From: an uncultured Cytophagales bacterium
GTDB taxonomy: Bacteria > Bacteroidota > Bacteroidia > Cytophagales > JAAEPT01
Direction: 5' to 3'
Length of the DNA stretch: 64,000 nt
Assembly (NCBI GenBank): GCA_964511645.1
Contig: CAZEGV010000003.1
Location: forward strand, 2,591-66,590
Below, one piece after another: positions 56,732-64,000 of the stretch; the stretch's first letter is position 1, and each line of letters starts with the position of its first letter. The notes under the pieces were generated by a model. It was not told where the DNA came from. It ran no database searches and worked only from the letters and a program-made list of their open reading frames with translations. The position numbers were made by a program, and so were the translations under genes.

Positions 56732-57414
56732 TTCTAGGGTTGATACTTGGGTTCACCACTAGTTTACATTGTGTAGGCATGTGTGGACCTCTTCATTTGG
56801 CACTTCCTCTCAAAAAAGGAGTCAACACAAACATCATAGCTTTGCACCTTGGTAGGATTTTTACGTATATGATTCTTGGTGTTTTTGCAGGTATTATTGG
56901 AGAAGTTTTTCGTGCCACAGGAATCCATAATTGGGTAGCTATTATATCAGGAGTAATTATTATTGCAGCAGTTTTGATAGAAGGGATTCCATACTTCAAA
57001 AGTGATTTAATTTCATCATGGTTAAAGAAAAGCTTAAGTCAATTATTTAAAAAAAGTACCACCTGGCGTTTTTTTGTTTTTGGTCTAGCCAATGGTCTTT
57101 TACCATGCGGAATGGTTTATTTTGCTCTATTAACAGCTACCAGTTATGGAGATACGGGAGCTATTGTATTTATGGGGCTTTTTGGTTTGGGTACGGTGTC
57201 ACTACTCGTAATCACTTCTACTTTAGGTAGTTTTTTTAAAGAACATTTCTTGATTAAACAAAAATATGTACTCATAGCATTGGGCTGTTTGCTGATTGTC
57301 AGAGGCTCTTCGTTGGGCATCCCTTACCTAAGTCCTAGCGAAGAAAAATCATGTTGTCACAAAGCTCAAACAGAAGAAACCTCTAGCTGTTGCGAAAAGA
57401 AATATAAAGATTAG
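56728..57414 (+). CDS. TauE/SafE- or DsbD_2-like membrane protein with a Cys-rich C-terminal tail
   Basis: Start at ATG 56728, forming an ATGA overlap with the fixH stop. It has the HCVGMCGP motif and six TM helices. The tail reads EEKSCCHKAQTEETSSCCEKKYKD. Confidence 0.7.
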   Translation: MILGLILGFTTSLHCVGMCGPLHLALPLKKGVNTNIIALHLGRIFTYMILGVFAGIIGEVFRATGIHNWVAIISGVIIIAAVLIEGIPYFKSDLISSWLKKSLSQLFKKSTTWRFFVFGLANGLLPCGMVYFALLTATSYGDTGAIVFMGLFGLGTVSLLVITSTLGSFFKEHFLIKQKYVLIALGCLLIVRGSSLGIPYLSPSEEKSCCHKAQTEETSSCCEKKYKD

Positions 57415-57552
57415 GGCGTGCCCCCACTCGCCAAAAAGGCGAGCTCGTGGGGTCAGGATATCCGCACTCACCAACATTCATTTCGTTTCACTACATTCAT
57501 GTTGGTTCAAACAATCGCTTACTGTGTTCGTCTACCGACGAATCCCTCACGC
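57414..57552 (+). repeat. Modular hairpin repeat, copy F
   Basis: GGGCGTGC-[CCCCACTCGCCaaaaaGGCGAgctcGTGGGG]-TCAGGATATCCGCACTCA-[CCAACATtcatttcgtttcactacattcATGTTGG]-TTCAAACAATCGCTTACT-GTGTTCGTCTACCGACGAATCCCTCACGC. Its first G is the last base of the preceding TAG stop. Confidence 0.65.
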
Positions 57553-57612
57553 ATTTTATTCTACCCTTTTGATGTTTTTTATGTTAAAAACTGATTTTTG
57601 TTAGCTCATTAG

Positions 57613-58887
57613 TTGGTTTATTTTTCTATTATTGAGTTTAAATACAGAAAATTGAAAGAACAGCAGAAAAACAAACTATTTGATGCCAGTGAAATTTGTG
57701 AAGCAATTTACAATTTCAGTGTAGAAGCTATTATTATCACAGACCAAAAAGGCGTGATAGCACATGCTAACCCCACAGCATTGAGCTTATTTGACTATAA
57801 ACTTTTAGATTTAGTAGGTCAATCAGTATCTGTTTTAGTACCACTAGACGTACGACATAAGCATGATGCCTATGTCGAAGAGTTTTCTCATTCGACCTCT
57901 TCAAGAACGATGGATGGTATGGCAGGTTTAAGAGCCGTCAAAAAATGTGGAGAAGAATTTCCCGTTTCTATCAGTTTAAGCCCAGCAGTTATTGATGGTC
58001 AGCACTTCACAGTAGCGTTGGTAATTGATATTACAGAATCCAAAAAGATAAAAGAAAAATTGCAACAACATAACAAAGAGTTGGAGCAACGAGTAGCCAA
58101 AAGAACAGAAGAACTAGCAGACACAGTAAGAAACTTAGAAAAAGTAAACGCTGAATTAAAAAAAGCAGAAGGAGAAGTAAGAAAATCTTTAGAAAAAGAA
58201 CGGAAATTAAATGAACTAAAATCTCGATTTGTATCTATGGCTTCACATGAATTTAGGACACCATTAGGTACTATTCTCTCATCACTAACCCTGATAGCGA
58301 AGCACAGTAAAGATGCTCATACTGACAAACAGCAAAAACACTTTTTGAGAATTAGATCTAATGTAAAACACCTTACAAATGTATTGAATGATTTTTTGTC
58401 AATAGATATCCTGAAAAGTGATAAACTTGTAATAAACCTTGAACAAGTTGATTTGAATGATTTGTTTGAAGAATTACAAGAAGAATTTAACCAGATGAAA
58501 AAAGCTGGGCAAATCATAAAAATTGATATTCCTGTTGAAACCTTTTTGTTTTCGGATAAACACATTCTTAAAAACATTTTCCTAAATTTAGTAAGCAACG
58601 CCATAAAATACTCTAGTACAGGAAAAGAGATATTAATTTCTGTAAGAGAAGGATTTAATAAAATGAGTGTAGCAATAAAAGACCAAGGAATAGGAGTTCC
58701 ATTAGAAGATCAGGTTCATCTATTCGAAAGATTTTATAGAGCGACTAATGCAGCCAATATTCAAGGCACAGGTTTAGGTTTAAATATCGTGAAACATTAT
58801 GTAGAGTTGTTACACGGTACAATACAGTTCAAAAGTAAATATGAAGTAGGTTCTACGTTTTATATTGAGTTTCCCACAGAAAAATAA
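57613..58887 (+). CDS. Soluble PAS-domain sensor histidine kinase (FixL-like PAS)
   Basis: 424 aa (TTG start as in the track; the exact start is uncertain). The PAS region runs EAIIITDQKGVIAHANP...LVPLDVRHKHDAYVEEF...GEEFPVSISLSP...VIDITE. It is followed by a coiled coil, the H-box SMASHEFRTPL, the N-box NLVSNAIKYS and the G-boxes DQGIGV and GTGLGL. Confidence 0.85.
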   Translation: MVYFSIIEFKYRKLKEQQKNKLFDASEICEAIYNFSVEAIIITDQKGVIAHANPTALSLFDYKLLDLVGQSVSVLVPLDVRHKHDAYVEEFSHSTSSRTMDGMAGLRAVKKCGEEFPVSISLSPAVIDGQHFTVALVIDITESKKIKEKLQQHNKELEQRVAKRTEELADTVRNLEKVNAELKKAEGEVRKSLEKERKLNELKSRFVSMASHEFRTPLGTILSSLTLIAKHSKDAHTDKQQKHFLRIRSNVKHLTNVLNDFLSIDILKSDKLVINLEQVDLNDLFEELQEEFNQMKKAGQIIKIDIPVETFLFSDKHILKNIFLNLVSNAIKYSSTGKEILISVREGFNKMSVAIKDQGIGVPLEDQVHLFERFYRATNAANIQGTGLGLNIVKHYVELLHGTIQFKSKYEVGSTFYIEFPTEK

Positions 58888-58893
58888 AAAACC

Positions 58894-59958
58894 ATGAAAA
58901 GTAAAATTTTATTGATTGAAGATAATTTTGAGGTAAGAGACAATACCGCAGAAATTTTAGAGTTGGCAAATTTTGAAGTGATTACTGCTGAGAATGGAAA
59001 GATTGGAGTGGAAAAAGCTAGAGAAGAACTTCCTGACCTTATTATATGCGACATAATGATGCCTGTATTGGATGGTTATGGGGTGTTACATATCCTGTCT
59101 AAGAAAAAAGAAACAGCAAAAATCCCTTTTATTTTTTTAACAGCCAAAGCAGATAAAGCTGACTTCCGTAAAGGAATGAATCTTGGAGCTGATGATTACC
59201 TTACAAAACCATTTGAAGAAACAGAACTGATGGACGCAATTGAAGTCCGTATAAAGAAAAGTGCAAAAATCAATGAAAAAATAGGGAATAGTGTAGAAGA
59301 TTTACAATCATTTATGGATGGTGCCAGAGATTTGGCTCAGCTTGAATTCATCAAAGAATCTAGGATTACAAAATCATATAAAAAGAAAGAAGCTATTTAT
59401 AGAGAGTCTGACTTTGCAAACTCTGTCTATTTCATTAAGTCAGGGAGGGTCAAAACATACAGAATCAATGATGATGGCAAAGAATTTATCACAGGTCTAC
59501 ATAAAGCAGGAGATTTTATAGGTTATCTAGCAGTACTAGAGGATAAAAACCGATCGGAATGTGCGATAGTCTTAGAAGATACTTCCCTCGCTTTAATTAG
59601 TAAAAAAGAATTATTAGAGTTGTTATATTCTAACAATGAGGTAGCATATAAGTTTATAGAATTATTATCAGGAAAGTTAGAATCTAAAGAACAAGAATTA
59701 ATAGATTTAGCCTTTAATACCGTCAGAAAAAGAGTGGCTGACGCTTTGCTTCGGCTAAAAAAGACTTACCAAGAAACAGAAGAAGATGGACAATTTTCTA
59801 TTTCTATCTCCAGAGGAGACTTAGCGGCGATAGTAGGTACAGCCAAAGAAAGCGTCATTAGAATTCTATCAGAGTTTAAAGAAGATGGTGTTATCTCGGT
59901 AAAAGGAAGTGAGATAAAAGTCAAAAAGACAAAAGTACTGCAAGAATTAAAGTATTAA
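58894..59958 (+). CDS. Hybrid response regulator: receiver domain fused to a CRP/FNR-family cNMP-binding-fold + HTH module
   Basis: 354 aa. The REC part has ILLIEDN, DLIICDIMMPVLDG, FIFLTAK and LTKPF. The CRP-like beta-roll follows (IYRESDFANSVYFIKSGRVKTYRINDDGKEFITG), then the HTH ISRGDLAAIVGTAKESVIRILSEFKEDG. Confidence 0.85.
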   Translation: MKSKILLIEDNFEVRDNTAEILELANFEVITAENGKIGVEKAREELPDLIICDIMMPVLDGYGVLHILSKKKETAKIPFIFLTAKADKADFRKGMNLGADDYLTKPFEETELMDAIEVRIKKSAKINEKIGNSVEDLQSFMDGARDLAQLEFIKESRITKSYKKKEAIYRESDFANSVYFIKSGRVKTYRINDDGKEFITGLHKAGDFIGYLAVLEDKNRSECAIVLEDTSLALISKKELLELLYSNNEVAYKFIELLSGKLESKEQELIDLAFNTVRKRVADALLRLKKTYQETEEDGQFSISISRGDLAAIVGTAKESVIRILSEFKEDGVISVKGSEIKVKKTKVLQELKY

Positions 59959-60053
59959 GTAACACAATACCAGTAGTATTTGTCGAGGATATGATAGTAA
60001 GCAACTATATATAGTAAATTATATCTCAAAATACTTTTAATTCATGCTAAATG

Positions 60054-60071
60054 CCCCTACTTTAGGGGTTT
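60054..60071 (+). terminator. Weak hairpin/terminator candidate after the regulator gene
   Basis: CCCCTActtTAGGGG followed by TTT, about 95 nt after the stop at 59958. Confidence 0.35.
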
Positions 60072-60107
60072 CAAAAACGCATTTATATTAACTAAATAAT
60101 ACACGTA

Positions 60108-61109
60108 ATGACAAAAGTTGCAATTAATGGATTCGGACGTATCGGTCGTTTGACTTTCAAAACTTTATTAAAAAAAGGATTAGACGTAGTAGCTATCAAT
60201 GATTTAACTGATAACGCTACATTAGCACACCTTCTTAAGTATGACTCTATTCATGGTAGATTTGATGGTACTGTAGATTTTACTGATGAAGCATTAATCG
60301 TAAACGGAAAAACGATTAAATGTACAGCCATTGCTGATCCAGCTAAATTGCCATGGGGAGAGTTAGGCGTAGATGTAGTATTGGAATCTACAGGTAGATT
60401 TGTAGACAAAGCAGGTTCTTCTAAACACTTAGAAGCAGGAGCTAAAAAAGTAGTAATCTCAGCACCAGCCAAAGACGGTATCAGAACTATCGTTTTAGGT
60501 GTAAATGACGAAGAACTTCAAGCAAGCGATAAAATCATTTCTAACGCATCTTGTACAACTAACTGTTTAGCTCCTGTAGCTAAAGTGTTAAACGATAAGT
60601 TTGGCTTAGTTAACGGATTCATTACTACTGTTCATGCTTATACTGCTGATCAAGGATTGCATGATGCTCCTCACTCTGACTTAAGAAGAGCAAGAGCTGG
60701 TGCTTTATCTATCGTTCCTACTACAACTGGTGCCGCTAAAGCTGTTGGTTTAGTACTACCTGAATTAGCTGGTAAATTAGACGGATTTGCATTAAGAGTA
60801 CCTACTCCTACCGGATCAGTTACTGATTTAGTCGCAACTCTAAAAGTTCCTGCAAGTAAAGCAGAAATCAATGCTGCGATCAAAGAAGCTTCTGAAGGTT
60901 CTATGAAAGGTATTCTTGAGTACACTGAAGATAAAATTGTTTCCGCTGACATCATTGGAAGTGCTTACTCTTCAATCTTTGACGGTGATATGACTTCAGT
61001 TATGGGCGGAGAAAAAAGTACTACTGTAAAAGTACTTTCTTGGTATGACAATGAAGCGGGTTACTCAAACAGAGCAGCAGACTTAATCGCAATAGTAGGT
61101 AAAATGTAA
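60108..61109 (+). CDS. gap: Type I glyceraldehyde-3-phosphate dehydrogenase
   Basis: 333 aa with INGFGRIGR, the active site [12 protein letters not shown], and [11 protein letters not shown]. Confidence 0.95.
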   Translation: MTKVAINGFGRIGRLTFKTLLKKGLDVVAINDLTDNATLAHLLKYDSIHGRFDGTVDFTDEALIVNGKTIKCTAIADPAKLPWGELGVDVVLESTGRFVDKAGSSKHLEAGAKKVVISAPAKDGIRTIVLGVNDEELQASDKIISNASCTTNCLAPVAKVLNDKFGLVNGFITTVHAYTADQGLHDAPHSDLRRARAGALSIVPTTTGAAKAVGLVLPELAGKLDGFALRVPTPTGSVTDLVATLKVPASKAEINAAIKEASEGSMKGILEYTEDKIVSADIIGSAYSSIFDGDMTSVMGGEKSTTVKVLSWYDNEAGYSNRAADLIAIVGKM

Positions 61110-61132
61110 TTTTACATTACCTCAATCACAAA

Positions 61133-61164
61133 AGCCTAGTAATTTATTACTAGGCTTTTTTTTT
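61133..61164 (+). terminator. Rho-independent terminator after gap
   Basis: AGCCTAGTAAtttaTTACTAGGCT followed by T8. Confidence 0.8.
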
Positions 61165-61326
61165 GACTTTTTTTAATCCGTTATAGTTAAAATGGTATTA
61201 GTGTTCTATGGAAGCCATAGCTAAAAATAGACGCTTGTTTTTTGAGTAAAAAATGTTTTGTAATTCAATAAGATTTAAATCGTGTTATTGTTTATCTTTG
61301 TGAGATACAAAAAGACAATAGCAAAG

Positions 61327-62790
61327 ATGAATTTACCATCACATATAGCACCTTTAGCAAAAGACATAAAACAAGTTATTCAAACTCATATTTCTTATGT
61401 GTTGATTAGTGATGACGAAGTGTTGAAGTTTAAGAAGCCTGTGAATTTTGGTTTTTTAGATTTTGAAAATTTAGCTGATAGAAAGAAATATTGTAAAGCT
61501 GAGGTTAAATTGAACTCTCGTTATTCGGAGGGAATATATAAAGGAGTTGTGGCGGTAAATGTGGAAGGAAATAGAGTAGAAGATTTGGATAGTGAAAAAG
61601 TTGTAGATTATGCAGTACAGATGAATGCTTTTGAGCAAGAGGATGTATTGGTTTATATAATAAAAAGGGATGGTGAAATCGAGAAAGATTTATTAAGGGA
61701 GTTGGCAAGTAATGTGGCTTATGCTCACTTAAATAACGCACCTACTTCGACTTATATTCAGTCGTTTGGTACTTCGGGTAAGATAAACGAGGGGTTTAAT
61801 AATAACTTGGGTTTGGCATCTACTTTTATTGGTAAGACAATTTCTCAAAAACAATTTGACATTTTACACACCTATTTTAATAAATTTATTGAAAAGAATA
61901 AAGGCTTACTTGATGACAGAAGCGAAAAAGGTTTTGTGAAAGAATGTCACGGTGATTTGCACTTGGCTAATATTTGTATTTATCAAAATCGTGTGCAACC
62001 ATTCGACTGTATTGAATTTAATGAAGAGTTTAGGTTTATAGATACTTTTTATGATATTGCTTTTTTACTGATGGATTTGGATTATCGTAAAGCTAAGGAT
62101 GGAAGTAATGTAGTACTCAATCAGTATTTGGAAATTACGAATGATTTTGAAGGAATTCGTTTATTGAATTTTTACAAGTCGATGAGGGCTGTAATTAGAG
62201 GGAGTGTAACCTCGTTGGAGCTTAATGATCAAAATATTAGCGATAAGCAGAAAGAAAAAGCAATTGCTACTGCAAAAGAATTTTATGACTTGGCTTTGTC
62301 GTATTTAGAACCTCAAACAGGAAAATTGTATTGTACTACAGGAGTTTCGGGAAGCGGGAAAAGCTATTTGGCTAGGCAGTTGGCACAGGTGAATGATGCC
62401 GTTATAGTACGAGCAGATGCTGTTAGGAAACACTTATGTAAAGTGTCTTTAGATGAGAAAAGTACTTCTATTTATACGGATGAGATTAGTTTACAGACCT
62501 ATGCTAAAATGAAGGACTTGGCTAAGATGATGCTTAGTAGTGGGTTTGATGTAATCTTGGATGCTACGTTTTCTAAAAAAGAGTATCGAGAAATGCTAAA
62601 AGATTTAATACCTAAATATTTGGAATGTACTGCACCTAAAGACGTGTTGGTGGAGAGATTGAATAATCGGGTAGATATTGCAGATGCAGATGTGACGGTG
62701 ATGGAAAATCAGTTGCTGAACTATGAAGGGGTTACTGGTGCTACGTTTGTTGACACCACAAAAAATATTGATTTAAAAAAATTGTTATGA
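61327..62790 (+). CDS. Fusion of an aminoglycoside-phosphotransferase-like kinase domain and a P-loop (AAA_33-like) kinase domain
   Basis: Start set at ATG 61327 (MNLPSHI..). The APH/choline-kinase-like motif is CHGDLHLANICI..D. The C-terminal Walker A is TTGVSGSGKSYLA. Confidence 0.65.
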   Translation: MNLPSHIAPLAKDIKQVIQTHISYVLISDDEVLKFKKPVNFGFLDFENLADRKKYCKAEVKLNSRYSEGIYKGVVAVNVEGNRVEDLDSEKVVDYAVQMNAFEQEDVLVYIIKRDGEIEKDLLRELASNVAYAHLNNAPTSTYIQSFGTSGKINEGFNNNLGLASTFIGKTISQKQFDILHTYFNKFIEKNKGLLDDRSEKGFVKECHGDLHLANICIYQNRVQPFDCIEFNEEFRFIDTFYDIAFLLMDLDYRKAKDGSNVVLNQYLEITNDFEGIRLLNFYKSMRAVIRGSVTSLELNDQNISDKQKEKAIATAKEFYDLALSYLEPQTGKLYCTTGVSGSGKSYLARQLAQVNDAVIVRADAVRKHLCKVSLDEKSTSIYTDEISLQTYAKMKDLAKMMLSSGFDVILDATFSKKEYREMLKDLIPKYLECTAPKDVLVERLNNRVDIADADVTVMENQLLNYEGVTGATFVDTTKNIDLKKLL

Positions 62791-64000
62791 TAGCTATATT
62801 AGGAGGTGGTATTTCAGGTTTGAGTTGTGCTTATTATCTTAAAAAAGCTAAAATTCCTTTTGTATTATTAGAAGCTTCTGATAGAGTAGGAGGCGTTATC
62901 CAAACGAAAAAAGTTGATGCTTATCGATTGGAGTTAGGTCCTAATTCTACTTTTCTGGATGAAGGTTTGGAGGAAATGCTAGGCAGTTTGAATTTGAAAC
63001 CTTTGGTAGCATCACCGAGTAGTAAACAACGGTTTATTTATAAACATGGTAAGGTAAAAGCTTTACCGAGCTCTCCTCCGGGTTTGTTGTTCTCTGATTT
63101 TTTTTCTTGGAAAACAAAACTTAAAATTTTAAAAGAGCTTAAGGCTAAACCTCAAAAATGTGAAGATAGCGAGACAGTATCTAGTTTTTTTTTGAGGCAT
63201 TTTAATCAAGAGGTGTTAGATTATGCAGTCTCTCCATTTGTGGCGGGTATATATGCTGCTCATCCAGAGAGACTGACGATACAAGCTTGTTTTCCTAAAC
63301 TAGCAAAGATAGAGGAGGAGTATGGTTCACTGCTTAAGGGAATGAGCAAGAATAAAACAGAGAGACGAAAGATTATTTCTTTTGAAGAAGGAATGGAGGA
63401 TTTACCAAAAGCTTTGGCTGATTTCTCAAAAGAAAATATAAAGTTGAATCAAGCAGTTATAAGCTTGATCAAAAAAGATGGAGAGTGGTTATTAGAAACA
63501 AGTAGTGACGCTTATGAGGTCAGTACAGTTATAAATTGTTTACCACCCAGCGTAAGTGCTAAACTGTTGAAAAGTATTGACAGTGATTTTTCAGACTTAT
63601 GCAAAAGTATAGAAATGCCTAGTTTAGCGGTTGTACATACTATTTTTAATAAAAAAGATGTACCATCTATAGTTAATGGTTTTGGTTTGTTGATTCCTGA
63701 AAAAGAAAATAAAGATATATCTGGGGTAATATGGAATAGTTCTTTATTTAGTAATAGATGTGATGAAGATGAGTTTTTGTTTACGTCTTTTGTTGGAGGG
63801 CAGGGTAGAGAAGCTAAGCTTGATTTTAACGATGACCAATTATTACAAAATGTAAATAATGGTTTAAAAGACATGTTAGGGATATCTTTAGAGGTAAGTC
63901 CAACGTTTGAACATTTACATAGGTATCAGCAGTCAATTCCTCAATATAACGAAACAATTACAAAGATAAAGAATAAAATACCTAGCTTAGAAAGTAAAGG
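62787..64000 (+). CDS. hemY: Protoporphyrinogen oxidase (HemY-type), N-terminal ~404 aa; continues beyond the window
   Basis: My translation from ATG 62787 (an ATGA overlap with the preceding stop) reads MIAILGGGISGLSCAYYLKKAKIPFVLLEASDRVGGVIQT...LELGPNS...VSPFVAGIYAAHPERL...FGLLIP. There is no stop before 64000. Confidence 0.85.
   Translation, partial: MIAILGGGISGLSCAYYLKKAKIPFVLLEASDRVGGVIQTKKVDAYRLELGPNSTFLDEGLEEMLGSLNLKPLVASPSSKQRFIYKHGKVKALPSSPPGLLFSDFFSWKTKLKILKELKAKPQKCEDSETVSSFFLRHFNQEVLDYAVSPFVAGIYAAHPERLTIQACFPKLAKIEEEYGSLLKGMSKNKTERRKIISFEEGMEDLPKALADFSKENIKLNQAVISLIKKDGEWLLETSSDAYEVSTVINCLPPSVSAKLLKSIDSDFSDLCKSIEMPSLAVVHTIFNKKDVPSIVNGFGLLIPEKENKDISGVIWNSSLFSNRCDEDEFLFTSFVGGQGREAKLDFNDDQLLQNVNNGLKDMLGISLEVSPTFEHLHRYQQSIPQYNETITKIKNKIPSLESK

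Noticed and set aside
1-64000. Search for tRNA, rRNA, tmRNA, RNase P or SRP RNA and for CRISPR arrays
   Set aside because: Reading the intergenic regions, I saw no cloverleaf-type GTTCGAATC/TPsiC boxes, no conserved rRNA strings and no regularly spaced direct repeats. The only repeat family present has unique, non-periodic spacing (kilobases apart) and nested hairpins, which is unlike CRISPR.

Overview
AT-rich chromosomal window (G+C judged by eye, not computed) that is most consistent with a Bacteroidota genome. Supporting signs are a T9SS C-terminal sorting domain, the rpmB-rpmG-DUF4295 trio, a fused ccoNO, a TonB-dependent receptor with lipoprotein partners, TAnnTTTG-type -7 boxes and no obvious Shine-Dalgarno sites. 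Most of the window is housekeeping: ilvB (partial), hisC, smc, nadBA, dxs-thiG, ftsY, rpmB/rpmG, pth, yajC, coaE, smpB, tsaD, xerD, gap and hemY (partial). Two larger functional blocks stand out. (1) An eight-gene Cu/Ag-type RND efflux island lies at 22.7-31.9 kb on the minus strand, rich in CPMH...CxxC metal-binding motifs and DUF3347. (2) A complete cbb3 oxidase and assembly locus lies at 47.5-57.4 kb (hemN, ccoI, ccoS, ccoNO, ccoQ, ccoP, ccoG, fixH, a TauE-like gene). It is followed directly by a soluble PAS histidine kinase and a receiver::CRP/FNR hybrid regulator. I consider this kinase/regulator pair, together with FNR-type palindromes in the two cco/hemN promoter regions, the most interesting candidate system: possibly a collapsed FixL-FixJ-FixK circuit. 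The second notable signal is a seven-copy family of GC-rich, modular nested-hairpin intergenic repeats. They usually start right after a stop codon, and their stems differ between copies by compensatory changes. Also present are a decayed IS remnant with intact inverted repeats, a large T9SS cargo protein and several rho-independent terminators. I found no tRNA, rRNA or CRISPR array. No defence-type or phage-type module is evident. Function calls rest on reading the supplied translations for motifs I recognise. No database search or computation was run.
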